From Cyanidioschyzon merolae (taxonomy: Eukaryota), in the NCBI GenBank assembly GCA_000091205.1, contig AP006487.2: a stretch of DNA of 64,000 bases; one strand, written 5' to 3'. Made by a program: the position numbers and the translations under genes. This document shows, one piece after another, positions 55,056 through 64,000 of this stretch. Under the pieces are notes generated by a model. The model was not told where the DNA came from. It saw nothing but the letters and a program-made list of their open reading frames with translations, and made no database searches. Positions within the stretch are counted from its first letter, which is position 1. The number at the start of each line of letters is the position of its first letter.

Positions 55056-56451
55056 TTGTGCATTGCACTGGGCAGGAAACCGAGAAGAGCAGCGAGGCGA
55101 AACCTCTGCTCTCTGACCTGGATGTATCGGACGGTAAAGCAAGCATTTTCGCGCCACAATGCAGCACTCGTAGGGGAAAGCGTAGCGGACATGCGGGAAC
55201 ACCCGACCACAACCTCCGGTCACTGCGACGAACGGAGTACCAGGACTATTTCCAGAAGTGATGAACGCAGATGGCGACGCATCGTTCACAGATGCTTTGG
55301 GGTCATGAAATGCGTCAATCACAGCCGCAAGTGTCGAAATCGGTACTCGAACGCTGCCACCAAAATGCTTGGATCGCTGACAACGGACCTGGAAGCGCAG
55401 CAGAGAACCTACTAATCAATGCCGGATATGAAAGATGGGAAAAGCAAGCAGGCATAGAAAACGTTCGCAAAGGCCAATAAGGATGGTATGGAGAAGACAA
55501 CAGCATTTGAATATGTATGCCCGAGTTATAGGGCCCGTTCTGTTTTCTAGTCTTCCAACTCAATTGTGTTTCCCCTCAGATGCGGTGAATAGCAGGAGGT
55601 CGAAATCACGATGGCATGTGTTGTATAGCTTGCAGACGAGGTGACTGTAGGATATATTCGTTACTGAATAGTTCAGGGAGAACTGCATTCCTGCTTCGGG
55701 TGAATCATAACACTGTGCTCAGATATCTGAGGAACACTGAAAGAAACAGGTACATGCGTTCCGCGCCAAAACTGGCTCAGTGAAAAACTGCCCGCAATCA
55801 ATCGTATGAAACGGCTCTTTAATCGCCTTACGGAGAACAAAAGCGACGACAGTAGCTGCCAAGAGCGTCTACGTATCTGAATACCTCGTTGGTGCGGTCC
55901 TGAAAATACTTGGGTACAGTCGCATATAAAGTCCAATGTCATTCACGGCCATCTTCAACCGAAATGTCCATTACAGCATTCCAGGGAAGTCGCCATCCGT
56001 ATGAAGCACAGGGATGTGGGTTTGTTTTTCCAGTCGATGAAACTTCCTTCGAACAGAACGGTCAGAGCATGTATAGGTACCCGTGGAGACGGAGCCCGTT
56101 GTATGTGCGATCGAAATCGAAGCGAACTGAGACATCATCACCTGTTCTCGCTACAGTAGATACATTTGGCGGCCTTCGTTTCTCTCCTAGAGAAGGCTCA
56201 TGCAACAGCACCATGCATTTTGTCAAATCACTGAGGACTTTTCTCAGACGCCTGGCGACATCTTTCTATTGGACAACGAGGTATTTCATCTTTCCTCCTC
56301 CGTTCGAGATTTTGCCGATTCTATAGGGATAGGCTTGCTTCTCGTTCCGCCGTACGCTCCGTGATTCAAACCAATCGAACGGGTGTTTCCTATCGTGAAA
56401 CGTAATGATCGCTTCACAGAGCGACTCACTGAAGCGTTCAGCACACGGTGA
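55056..56451 (+). mobile_element. Degenerate Tc1-like (Tc1/mariner superfamily, DD34E) transposase relic, split over at least two frames, with an in-frame TGA within the catalytic triad region
   Basis: N-terminal piece SGHCDERSTRTISRSDERRWRRIVHR (cf. Tc1 SGRPRKLSPRDARHLIRL). DDE core in ORF 55910..56326: FVFPVDETSFEQNGQSMYRYPWRR...ATVDTFGGLRF. After a frameshift: GDIFLLDNEVFHLSSSVRDFADSIGIGLLLVPPYAP*FKPIERVFPIVKR (cf. Tc1 FVFQQDNDPKHTS...LLDWPSQSPDLNPIEHLWEELER). The D-to-E spacing is 34. Confidence 0.65.
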
Positions 56452-56586
56452 TTCCAGGGCAAATGCCGTCTTGCTTCCGCAAATCCTTCTCGCTCCGAGG
56501 GGGGTCCTCTGGCGAGAGCATAAAGGAGTAAGCTCATTTTAAAGAAATTAAGGGATGAGCCGGGATGTAAACTCCTGAAGGCCGAA

Positions 56587-56850
56587 ATGGAGGAACGTCA
56601 GCGAAGCACTTCGGATATAGAAAAGCCCGGAGCGCTGTTCGAGCAGCAAATGGCACAGAGGGCACGAGTTCGAGGACTCCGTGCACTGGTGCGTTCAACG
56701 AGCTCCAACAAACGCATGGAGTTCGTGAACAGGGACGAAAACGCTGCTATCAATATCAGACGATTTGCGGTGCCAAAAACGGGACCCGATGAGCAGACCC
56801 GATCCAACGTTGTGGGGTCAGCGTCTCAAACTCGAATTGCATATGGATAA
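56587..56850 (+). pseudogene. Short ORF carrying a TnpB/Fanzor-like RuvC-III signature (NRDENAAINI), in the same frame as and immediately downstream of the Tc1-like relic; candidate decayed OMEGA/Fanzor-type nuclease fragment
   Basis: ...LVRSTSSNKRMEFVNRDENAAINIRRFAVPKTG. The (D/N)RDxNAAxNI motif is the conserved C-terminal RuvC-III block of TnpB/Fanzor/Cas12. The upstream zinc-finger cysteines are not intact (only PGCKLL remains). Confidence 0.35.
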
Positions 56851-56868
56851 ACAGAAACAGGTAGCAGC

Positions 56869-56888
56869 CGGCAGGCAGGCAGGCAGGC
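56869..56888. repeat. (GGCA)5 microsatellite
   Basis: ggcaggcaggcaggcaggcc. Confidence 0.9.
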
Positions 56889-57234
56889 CGTGCAACACTG
56901 GAAGGCGGCAGCACGTCGGTATACATTGAGCGTAACGACGCGAAGCGTTTTCGCTCTGATAACCACATAGCCCAGTCGTCGTATGCTTTTTCTGAGAACC
57001 GTTTCTCGTGATAGTGAAACGCATCGCAGTGGTACTGGTTGCGAATACTTCGCCAGGAAGGGTTTAAAAATCTAGTGACAAGCTGGGGCGTCTCTCCACA
57101 CTCTTGAACGGACACCGGGGACGCCTCCAGTTGCAGCGCACAGTCGTATGAGCTGCTGCCGCGTCGCACTGTACTCTTAAACGGACACGTGGGACACCCT
57201 AAGTTGCAGATCGCGTACCGCTTGTGGCTCTTCG

Positions 57235-59349
57235 GTGCACCAGCTGAACGCCAGGCTCTCAGGCAGAGGGCGAGCGATGCGACAGCAAACGAACGCAACG
57301 GAGCTACCAGCATGGAAGCACCGAGACGAAATCATCCACGCCGTCAAGAACCACGTTGTTGTGCTTCTACTAGGCACCACTGGTTGCGGCAAGACAACAC
57401 TCGTGCCCCGCTTCCTCGATGAACAGGGCTTCGGTCCCGTCGCGATAGCGCAGCCACGTCGCTTGGCAGCCATCAGCGTCGCCAGACGCGTCAGTCAGGA
57501 GCTATCCTGTCGACTCGGAACATACGTGGGGTATGCAGTCCGCTTCGACGACTGCTCCGATCCCGAGAAAACTCGTTTGCGGTACGCCACAAGTGGTGTA
57601 CTCTTGCGCGAGGCCATCAGCGATCCGCTTTTTCGTCGCTATGGGTCTCTGGTCATCGATGAAGTACACGAACGTCTCATACAGACGGACATTTTAATGG
57701 CGGTTGCACGTCGAGCGCTTATCGAACGCCGCAAGCAGCCGACCTGTGCGACGGACGCTTTCCGGGTGGTGCTCATGTCAGCAGCAGTGGACGTGACGAC
57801 GCTATTGCGCTACTTTCAAAGCGCAGCGATCGGGCCGGTCAGCGTGTGTTCGATACCAGGGAACCTCCATCCGGTCGATATTCTCTACACAGCGGACTAC
57901 TGCGCAGAGCATCTGGATGCGGCGTTGAACCTGGTCCTTCAACTTCATCTCCATCTGGAAAACGTGCCTGGGGATATTCTAGTATTTCTAACTGGCCAAG
58001 AGGAGATCGAACTCGCCGTCAAGCTACTCCCAGAAAGGCTCCGGCGACGGGGTCCGGGAAGCGCGCCGCTCTTTGCGGTACCCTTGTACGCTACGTTGCC
58101 TCCAGCGCAGCAGCTAGCTGCGATCAATCAGAGCCGTCCGCAGACGCTTGGATCCGTTGCTGCTCGCAAGGTCATTTTCGCGACCAATGTTGCCGAGACA
58201 TCGCTGACGATTCCCGGAGTGCGTTTTGTTATCGATACAGGCTTGAGCAAACAACGCATCCTGGATCCATCCCTGGATGCGGATGTTTTGCAGGTTCGTC
58301 CCATTAGTCGAGCACAAGCCTTGCAACGGGCGGGGCGCGCTGGACGCGAAGCCGGCGGTGGCATCTGCATTCGGCTCTATCCAGAGACGCTGTGGCCAAA
58401 GCTCAGCGCGTATCCAGTCCCCGAACTATGCCGTTGCGATCTGGCGAGCACACTCTTGCAACTGTATGCCATGGGTATGGATCAGCCCTGGAAACTGCCG
58501 CTTGTGAATCCACCACCGCGATCCAGCATGGAACGCGCACTTGTTCACTTGCACGAGCTTGAAGCCCTGGACGATCAACTTCAACTGGACCCGCTGCTCG
58601 GTCGACAGATGGCTGGCCTGCCGTTGGAGCCGATGGAAGCGCGTATGGTGTTGGCCGCCAAGGCGCTGCACGAGCCTATGGTGCTCTCCCAGGTAGTGGA
58701 GATTGCAGCGATGCTCAGTGTGGATGCATGGAGCAGTGGACTCTTGGTTGTGCTGCCCGGGGAGCGCCGGATCGATGTTCAGAGGCACTGGCAGCAGCTC
58801 TTTGTCGAGGAGCGTGCTGGCGACCTCGTTACCGCTGGGCGCATACTGCACCAGTATCTGCAGCAGGCACCGCCGCTGCGAAAGCGCTGGTGCATCCAGC
58901 ATCATCTCAATGAACGTTTGCTGTCCGCTGCTGCAGATGCTTTCACTCAACTCATGCAGCTGCTGGAGTGCACCCCGCTATACGCAGCGAATGCGCCGCA
59001 GCTGGACGCGTTGGCAGCGCAGGTCTCTGCGAGCATACCTGCGGAAGTCTCAACGAGAGAACGATTGTTGGAGCTCGTTCAAAGATGTATCTGTGTGGGT
59101 TTCTTCCGGCATGCAGCGCGTCGGGAAGGTCAGCGATCCTATCGGATCATCCGTACAGGGTATCATCCTGTCGCTCTACATCCGTCATCGCTGTACGCCA
59201 GCGGTGCATATCCCGAGTGGATTGTTTATCGAGATTTCATCTACACAAATAAGCCCTATTTACGAGGCATCACTGCGTGTGAGCCCATGTGGATCCAGAG
59301 TAGTCGCTGCTCGACAGCGACGTTTGCATCTCGCGAAGCCTGCAGGTGA
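57235..59349 (+). CDS. DEAH/RHA-family ATP-dependent RNA helicase (DEVH variant)
   Basis: Motif I LLGTTGCGKTT; motif II VIDEVHER; SAAVD (SAT-like); FLTGQEEIE; TNVAETSLTIPGVRFVIDTG; QRAGRAGREAGG; helicase-associated/OB-fold C-terminal region present. Confidence 0.85.
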   Translation: MHQLNARLSGRGRAMRQQTNATELPAWKHRDEIIHAVKNHVVVLLLGTTGCGKTTLVPRFLDEQGFGPVAIAQPRRLAAISVARRVSQELSCRLGTYVGYAVRFDDCSDPEKTRLRYATSGVLLREAISDPLFRRYGSLVIDEVHERLIQTDILMAVARRALIERRKQPTCATDAFRVVLMSAAVDVTTLLRYFQSAAIGPVSVCSIPGNLHPVDILYTADYCAEHLDAALNLVLQLHLHLENVPGDILVFLTGQEEIELAVKLLPERLRRRGPGSAPLFAVPLYATLPPAQQLAAINQSRPQTLGSVAARKVIFATNVAETSLTIPGVRFVIDTGLSKQRILDPSLDADVLQVRPISRAQALQRAGRAGREAGGGICIRLYPETLWPKLSAYPVPELCRCDLASTLLQLYAMGMDQPWKLPLVNPPPRSSMERALVHLHELEALDDQLQLDPLLGRQMAGLPLEPMEARMVLAAKALHEPMVLSQVVEIAAMLSVDAWSSGLLVVLPGERRIDVQRHWQQLFVEERAGDLVTAGRILHQYLQQAPPLRKRWCIQHHLNERLLSAAADAFTQLMQLLECTPLYAANAPQLDALAAQVSASIPAEVSTRERLLELVQRCICVGFFRHAARREGQRSYRIIRTGYHPVALHPSSLYASGAYPEWIVYRDFIYTNKPYLRGITACEPMWIQSSRCSTATFASREACR

Positions 59350-59414
59350 CGCGGAGAGCCGCATGCGTCTTCCGAGGCCAACGATGGGTGTCATCGAGGG
59401 TATTCTAGTTCATG

Positions 59415-60170
59415 CTAAATGCATGGAACACTGACGTCTTCTTTCCAGATAGGTACATAGCGCTTGAGAGCCTCAAGCGCCAGACGTACGCTCTCCACTG
59501 AGGGGCCAGTCACCAGCACGGAGACGGAACCCACGGGCACGCTTCCTGCAACAGTATGGACAAACATGTGGAGGTTTTGTTCTGCAGCGATGCGATGTAT
59601 GTAGAGCATTGCCATTTCTCTGTAACTTTCGTAAACAAGTGCCGACACGACCCTATCGCTGGAAAGTCGATCCTTGCGTACCAGACCACAAAAGCTCACT
59701 GCTGCGTTTTCAGCTTTCTTCAAGTACGCTGGGGGCACAGGCTCTTCGAGCAAAGCGACCTGCGGTATCTGCAAACTCTCTGTCCCGGTTTGAGAGGGCG
59801 CTTGTGCACCATAACCGGACAAGAGGCATTCTTTCTCGAAAACGGGATCATCTTGACTCGACTTCTGAAACTCCAGACCGCGCCCATGGTCGCTTCGTTC
59901 CATTGGAGTGCGTCCGTTCGCAGGAAGGCGATCCCAGTACTGTGGCTTTTCGAGACCAAGACTTGGCTCCTCTTCCCTTGCTTCCATCGGAACGCATCTG
60001 TTGATCAAAAAACTCTTCAACACGGTCCATGCCTCTTGACGGTGACTCGTCGCAACCACGAGCTGCTCTTCACCGACCGCGCACCGGACGACTGCCCCAA
60101 CGTTTTCTCGTGAGACTCGCTGAATCACTTCGTCGAAACTGATTGAAGCAGGCAGCCTGTAGACAGTCAT
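59415..60170 (-). CDS. MOCS2B: Molybdopterin synthase catalytic subunit (MoaE/MOCS2B) with a roughly 125-aa in-frame insertion after the N-terminal GAVV motif
   Basis: N-terminal FDEVIQRVSRENVGAVVRCAVG and C-terminal ALVYESYREMAMLYIHRIAAEQ...VHTVAGSVPVGSVSVLVTGPSVESVRLALEALKRYVPIWKED align to MoaE (LEYEAY..MA...HRxG.V..GE..V...V.S.HR..A....A.D.LK...PIWK). Residues about 33-157 have no MoaE counterpart. Confidence 0.7.
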   Translation of the reverse strand: MTVYRLPASISFDEVIQRVSRENVGAVVRCAVGEEQLVVATSHRQEAWTVLKSFLINRCVPMEAREEEPSLGLEKPQYWDRLPANGRTPMERSDHGRGLEFQKSSQDDPVFEKECLLSGYGAQAPSQTGTESLQIPQVALLEEPVPPAYLKKAENAAVSFCGLVRKDRLSSDRVVSALVYESYREMAMLYIHRIAAEQNLHMFVHTVAGSVPVGSVSVLVTGPSVESVRLALEALKRYVPIWKEDVSVPCI

Positions 60171-60262
60171 AGAGAGCGTTCCCCAACGTAGGTCAACGCA
60201 CCGCTCAGTGACGGTCTTTAGAACAGCGGGTCTACGGTCTGCAGTGCTCCGTTCCTGTAACG

Positions 60263-61444
60263 TTGCTCTGCAGCCGCATTCGTACTGACGCTAGAGAGTA
60301 TCGCGGTTCGCTGGGACTCGGGCCAAGCCGACCTATGACCGCGGGGCACGACCCAGAACAAACTAAACGCTCTGGGGGCCTGACGGTGCTCTGGTTGACG
60401 GGCTCTGCAATAGCACTGCGACTGATAACCCTTCCACTGGAGGCCTACCAGGCCCGTCAGTGGCTACGCTTGCGTGAGGCGCAACGACTCGCTTCCGCTG
60501 CCTACCAACTGCTGACCCGTTCGAGCCAAGTACAACTGAATCATCGGACCAGTGCCTCGAACGATGACCTTCTTTCGAGTTTGACGTGCTTGCAACGAAA
60601 AGCGTTACAACGGTACGGCACAAGTCGCTGGAGAGCGCTTGTACCTTGGGGACGCGTTGTCGGCTTGCCAGCTTTTGTCTTCGCTGCACTGCGAGTTCGA
60701 CAGCTCGCTTTGGCAGGTGACCTTGGCGGGACGCTGCCGGGTCTTTGGTTGAAAGATCTCTCCGAACCGGATCCCTTTTACTTGCTGCCGTTATGCAATA
60801 TGGTGCTCATGTTGCGGAACTTGGAGTACAGCTTCCCCTTGATGCCTTTCAGTAAGGCCGGAAATACCTCTGCTGAAACGCGATCGCCTCCTACACAGCA
60901 GTACTGGCTACAGAGCCAGTCGCTGAAAGTGTTGCTCCAAGGTGCGGTGCTCGTGATAACGCCGGGGGTCGTGAACCTGCCCTCGGCGGTGTTGCTCTTC
61001 TGGTTGACAAACTCGTGCATTCAGACGGCACTGACGAGCGCATGGTGGCGCCAACGATGGCACCGATGGATACAGCAGACCGCGCTACCTGATAAGCAAC
61101 GCGAACTAGACAAGTTCAGCGATTCAAAGGAGGAGCCTGCAAACCGTCTTGAGGCGCAGCTCGATCAGGCACTGGATCAGGCTAGCAGAGAGATACGCTG
61201 GGTCAACCGAGCAATTGCTGATGTTGTTCGACATCGACCAGTCACGCCATCCTTGCTGAAACAGGTAGAGTTTGAGCTGCAGCGCTGGCGAGCACGAAGG
61301 CTTATTCAGCTGCCATGGCGCGCAACTGTTCGTGACGCCCCGTCCGGGAGGCCGATGTTGGCCCTGTATCTTGAGAGCTCGGGTTCAGAGGGCGAGCACG
61401 CTGCGGCTTCCGAAACCCCGAGCAGTGCCTCTGTAAAGCACTGA
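60263..61444 (+). CDS. Oxa1/YidC/Alb3-family membrane insertase-like protein (mitochondrial inner-membrane OXA1/COX18-like)
   Basis: LTGSAIALRLITLPLEAYQARQ..., GLWLKDLSEPDPFYLLPLCNMVLMLRNLE and VVNLPSAVLLFWLTNSCIQTALTSAWWRQRW parallel the Oxa1 TM1 loop, the W..DL...DP(Y/F) segment and the C-terminal P....L.L(Y/F)W..N...S..Q block. Confidence 0.55.
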   Translation: MLCSRIRTDAREYRGSLGLGPSRPMTAGHDPEQTKRSGGLTVLWLTGSAIALRLITLPLEAYQARQWLRLREAQRLASAAYQLLTRSSQVQLNHRTSASNDDLLSSLTCLQRKALQRYGTSRWRALVPWGRVVGLPAFVFAALRVRQLALAGDLGGTLPGLWLKDLSEPDPFYLLPLCNMVLMLRNLEYSFPLMPFSKAGNTSAETRSPPTQQYWLQSQSLKVLLQGAVLVITPGVVNLPSAVLLFWLTNSCIQTALTSAWWRQRWHRWIQQTALPDKQRELDKFSDSKEEPANRLEAQLDQALDQASREIRWVNRAIADVVRHRPVTPSLLKQVEFELQRWRARRLIQLPWRATVRDAPSGRPMLALYLESSGSEGEHAAASETPSSASVKH

Positions 61445-64000
61445 CGCCACAGGCAGTACAACCGAGCATTTTGCCAGCAGCACCGCGCATGAGACGCAAA
61501 TCTACAGTTGTTGTGGCTGCATTCCTGTGCAATGACGACGGTTCCTCAGTGTATCGATCTGGACCTGGAATGTACTACGAAATGCTGCAAGCATCGAAGC
61601 GATGCTGTGTCGATATGCACCGGTTCCCCGCTGTATTCATATGCTCGATTCGTGCGGGACACGTGGAGGCTTCGACTCTCTGCGCCACCCTGAACAGAGA
61701 GCGTGCCCGCTACCTATCGCTTGTTACTTGCTACCGGTCTGGTTGGAGCGCTTTCATTGATCTCCTGGGGAACGCAGGAAAAAAGACCAGTTCGAGTCTG
61801 GCAATTGGAAAAGCGTGCCCCAAGTTTGACGCCCGTCTGAAGCATGCCATCACATCCTACGTCGCTGCTAAGGTCGTTTTCCGAATAATTAATTTCAGTT
61901 GGGGCTGCGTCGCCAAGCCGCGGACCCCGGATTTTTACTACTGTATCCATAGCGAACAGCGTAGTGCACTCCACTATAGGAAAACGACGAGTTGAGAGTC
62001 TCCTTTGGCACCTTGCTGACTATGATTTGGATTGCGAACTCCATGTGGAGTCGGTGCTGATCCGTTTTGCGCCAAGGAACAGCAAGTGTTCCATCCTTTT
62101 CCATAAGTGCTGTGGTGCAACGAACCACTTCAGCGAGCTCGAGTTGTAGAATCTCTTCGACAGTCCCTGTATACAGAGCAACTGCCTCTACTGCGCCAGC
62201 AAATGCGCTGATTGCGACTACGCAAGCGGTTCCCTGCTGACCGCAACACTGTGCAAGCGATGCTCAAGATACCGAGCGGTGCTCGGTACGTCCAAGATTC
62301 ACAGCTCCCAAGCTGTCGATTTCGCTTCAGAAAGCTGATCAAGTGGATGCTCCGTACAGCTGCGATTCGTAATGCAAACAAAGCACCAGGATACGCCTCG
62401 AGCGACATTGACCACAGACAGCTTGTAAATATGTCGCGATCGAGTCTATACATCGACTTTAGGGCAATTTGGGTTGAACGTGGGCATATTGCGCCACCCT
62501 CTTGCGCATCTGAGAGCACACCAGCACCCCAAGCATTCGACGCATAGAGGAATAGATCGCAGGCGTCGGGATCAAGCCGTGCCGCTTCCGCATGTCCGGA
62601 ATTTTTGCCGGCGATTGGCCAGATGCACGCTGCTACTACTGGAGCCAGCGCCTGCAGTATCTTGAGTAATCGTCAATTCCTGAGATGTTTTTGGTTGCAA
62701 TCAGAGCAGCGAATGTCCGATTACCCGTACCAGCACGCTCTTTTGGTTATTGTTTGGTTTTCTTGCAGGTATTCGATAAAAAGAATGCATCGTGTCGATC
62801 CGATTACAGTCGCTGGATGAATTGGTATTGTCTGTGGTAGCTCGCGAAAAGAACGGCCCCACCTGTGCCTGTCCTTCTATAATGAACTGGGGCATGAACC
62901 GCTTTTCTCATCGCTCTGATCCGACACGTCAGTCTCCCGCAGTAGAACCCTCCAGAACCTCTCTTCGACTGTTTCCTTGCCGATTGATTGTGTAGCGTAC
63001 TTGGATGAAGAAATACTACCAAAGTCACCGCTGGATTTTGACGCCTCCGTACCGCTAATGACAACGGTGATGAAGAGACCCAGAAATACGAATCGAAAAG
63101 CACGCCTGTATGCTAGATAGTCACGCGTCGAAGAGCGCAAGACTGATCTCGTCGTGAAACGCGAGCGCTTATCACAGGACGAACGAGAGTTCATCTCGTG
63201 CAACGAAATGTCCTTCGGGGGAAATGGTACACCTGCACTTGGCTACGCAAACCGGAGCAAACCACTGTTCTGAAAGACGAGCGAAACGGGACGGACGACA
63301 ACACCAGCCCTAGCAGCGATTTAATCCCTTGATCACCGAATCGTCGCCGAACGGACAAGATCGTTCAACAACTCGTGCTTGGTCGACGTATTCTGTGGCT
63401 TCTTTTTTCCCATTTTGTTCCGTCCGGCTCGTAGGTATCATCGGATTGCGTCAATCAGGAGCGGTCAAGGACACCGCAGCTGGCATCGCAGTTGAGCTGG
63501 TCTCTGTGCTGGCTTGTTTTCTCTGGCTCAATCGAAACGAATTCGTTTTTCCAAGACATCCCAGAGCATTTCTATGTTCATCGATGATTAAACGAATCTT
63601 TCGCGTTCGCGACACCAAAATATGCTGCGTACTTTTACGGATCGCAACCCCCCTTCACCGCGCTCGTCTTGCCTGGCTTTTCTGTTTCCTGCCTCGACGC
63701 GTCTCCTCAACCGATTGTTCATACAAGTTTCGGAAGCGAGATCGCCAGTTGTCTACACTCCACTCGATTTTTCGATCAAACCTTCGCGCGACAACACGAC
63801 ACAAATGTTCAGAGCAGATGATGCGATTCGACGTGAGCGAGGCATCAGCGTTTTGCGCATATGCGTACCAGCATATCTTGCCGCGTCGCCGCGCCATCTC
63901 GACGATCGAAGTATGTGAGGTGCCGGTCCTAAAACGTACCAGGCAAACCTCAGAAAGCAACATCATGTCCGGGTTCAGTTCGGGCGCTTTATGAGGCGCG

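Overview
The window is GC-rich (about 57-60%), intron-poor eukaryotic nuclear DNA. Long uninterrupted ORFs encode typical eukaryotic housekeeping proteins on both strands (polo-like kinase, SUMO E1 UBA2, NEDD8 E2 UBC12, DIM1, SepSecS, class-I aldolase, PIP5K, DEAH helicase, mitochondrial translation and biogenesis factors). Several (CAG)n/poly-Q tracts sit inside genes. The architecture (dense single-exon genes, frequent strand switching, intergenic spacers under 110 bp in places) fits a compact protist genome, for example an oomycete or other stramenopile, but I cannot assign a lineage from sequence alone. Most of the roughly 600 listed ORFs are spurious GC-driven frames overlapping about 20 real genes. 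One real gene is missing from the ORF track: a NOA1/YqeH-type circularly permuted GTPase on the minus strand at 1..1437, omitted because it runs off the window start without a stop codon. Four AT-richer, gene-poor blocks of 2.5-3.6 kb (about 18.9-22.0, 29.3-32.6, 34.9-37.4 and 53.6-57.2 kb) lie between the compact gene clusters. The block at 55.0-56.9 kb holds a decayed Tc1-like DD34E transposase (frameshift plus in-frame stop), followed in the same frame by a short fragment carrying a TnpB/Fanzor-like RuvC-III motif (NRDENAAINI). Two tandem arrays are present: a 77-bp satellite of about 17.6 copies with a 6-unit (462-bp) higher-order periodicity between two divergently transcribed genes, and a 75-bp x 3 array upstream of the aldolase gene. 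Other notable points are a CBM20 starch-binding domain fused to a PIP5K, a MoaE/MOCS2B with a roughly 125-aa in-frame insertion, an organellar RF2-type release factor with the SPF motif, and the selenocysteine synthase SepSecS.
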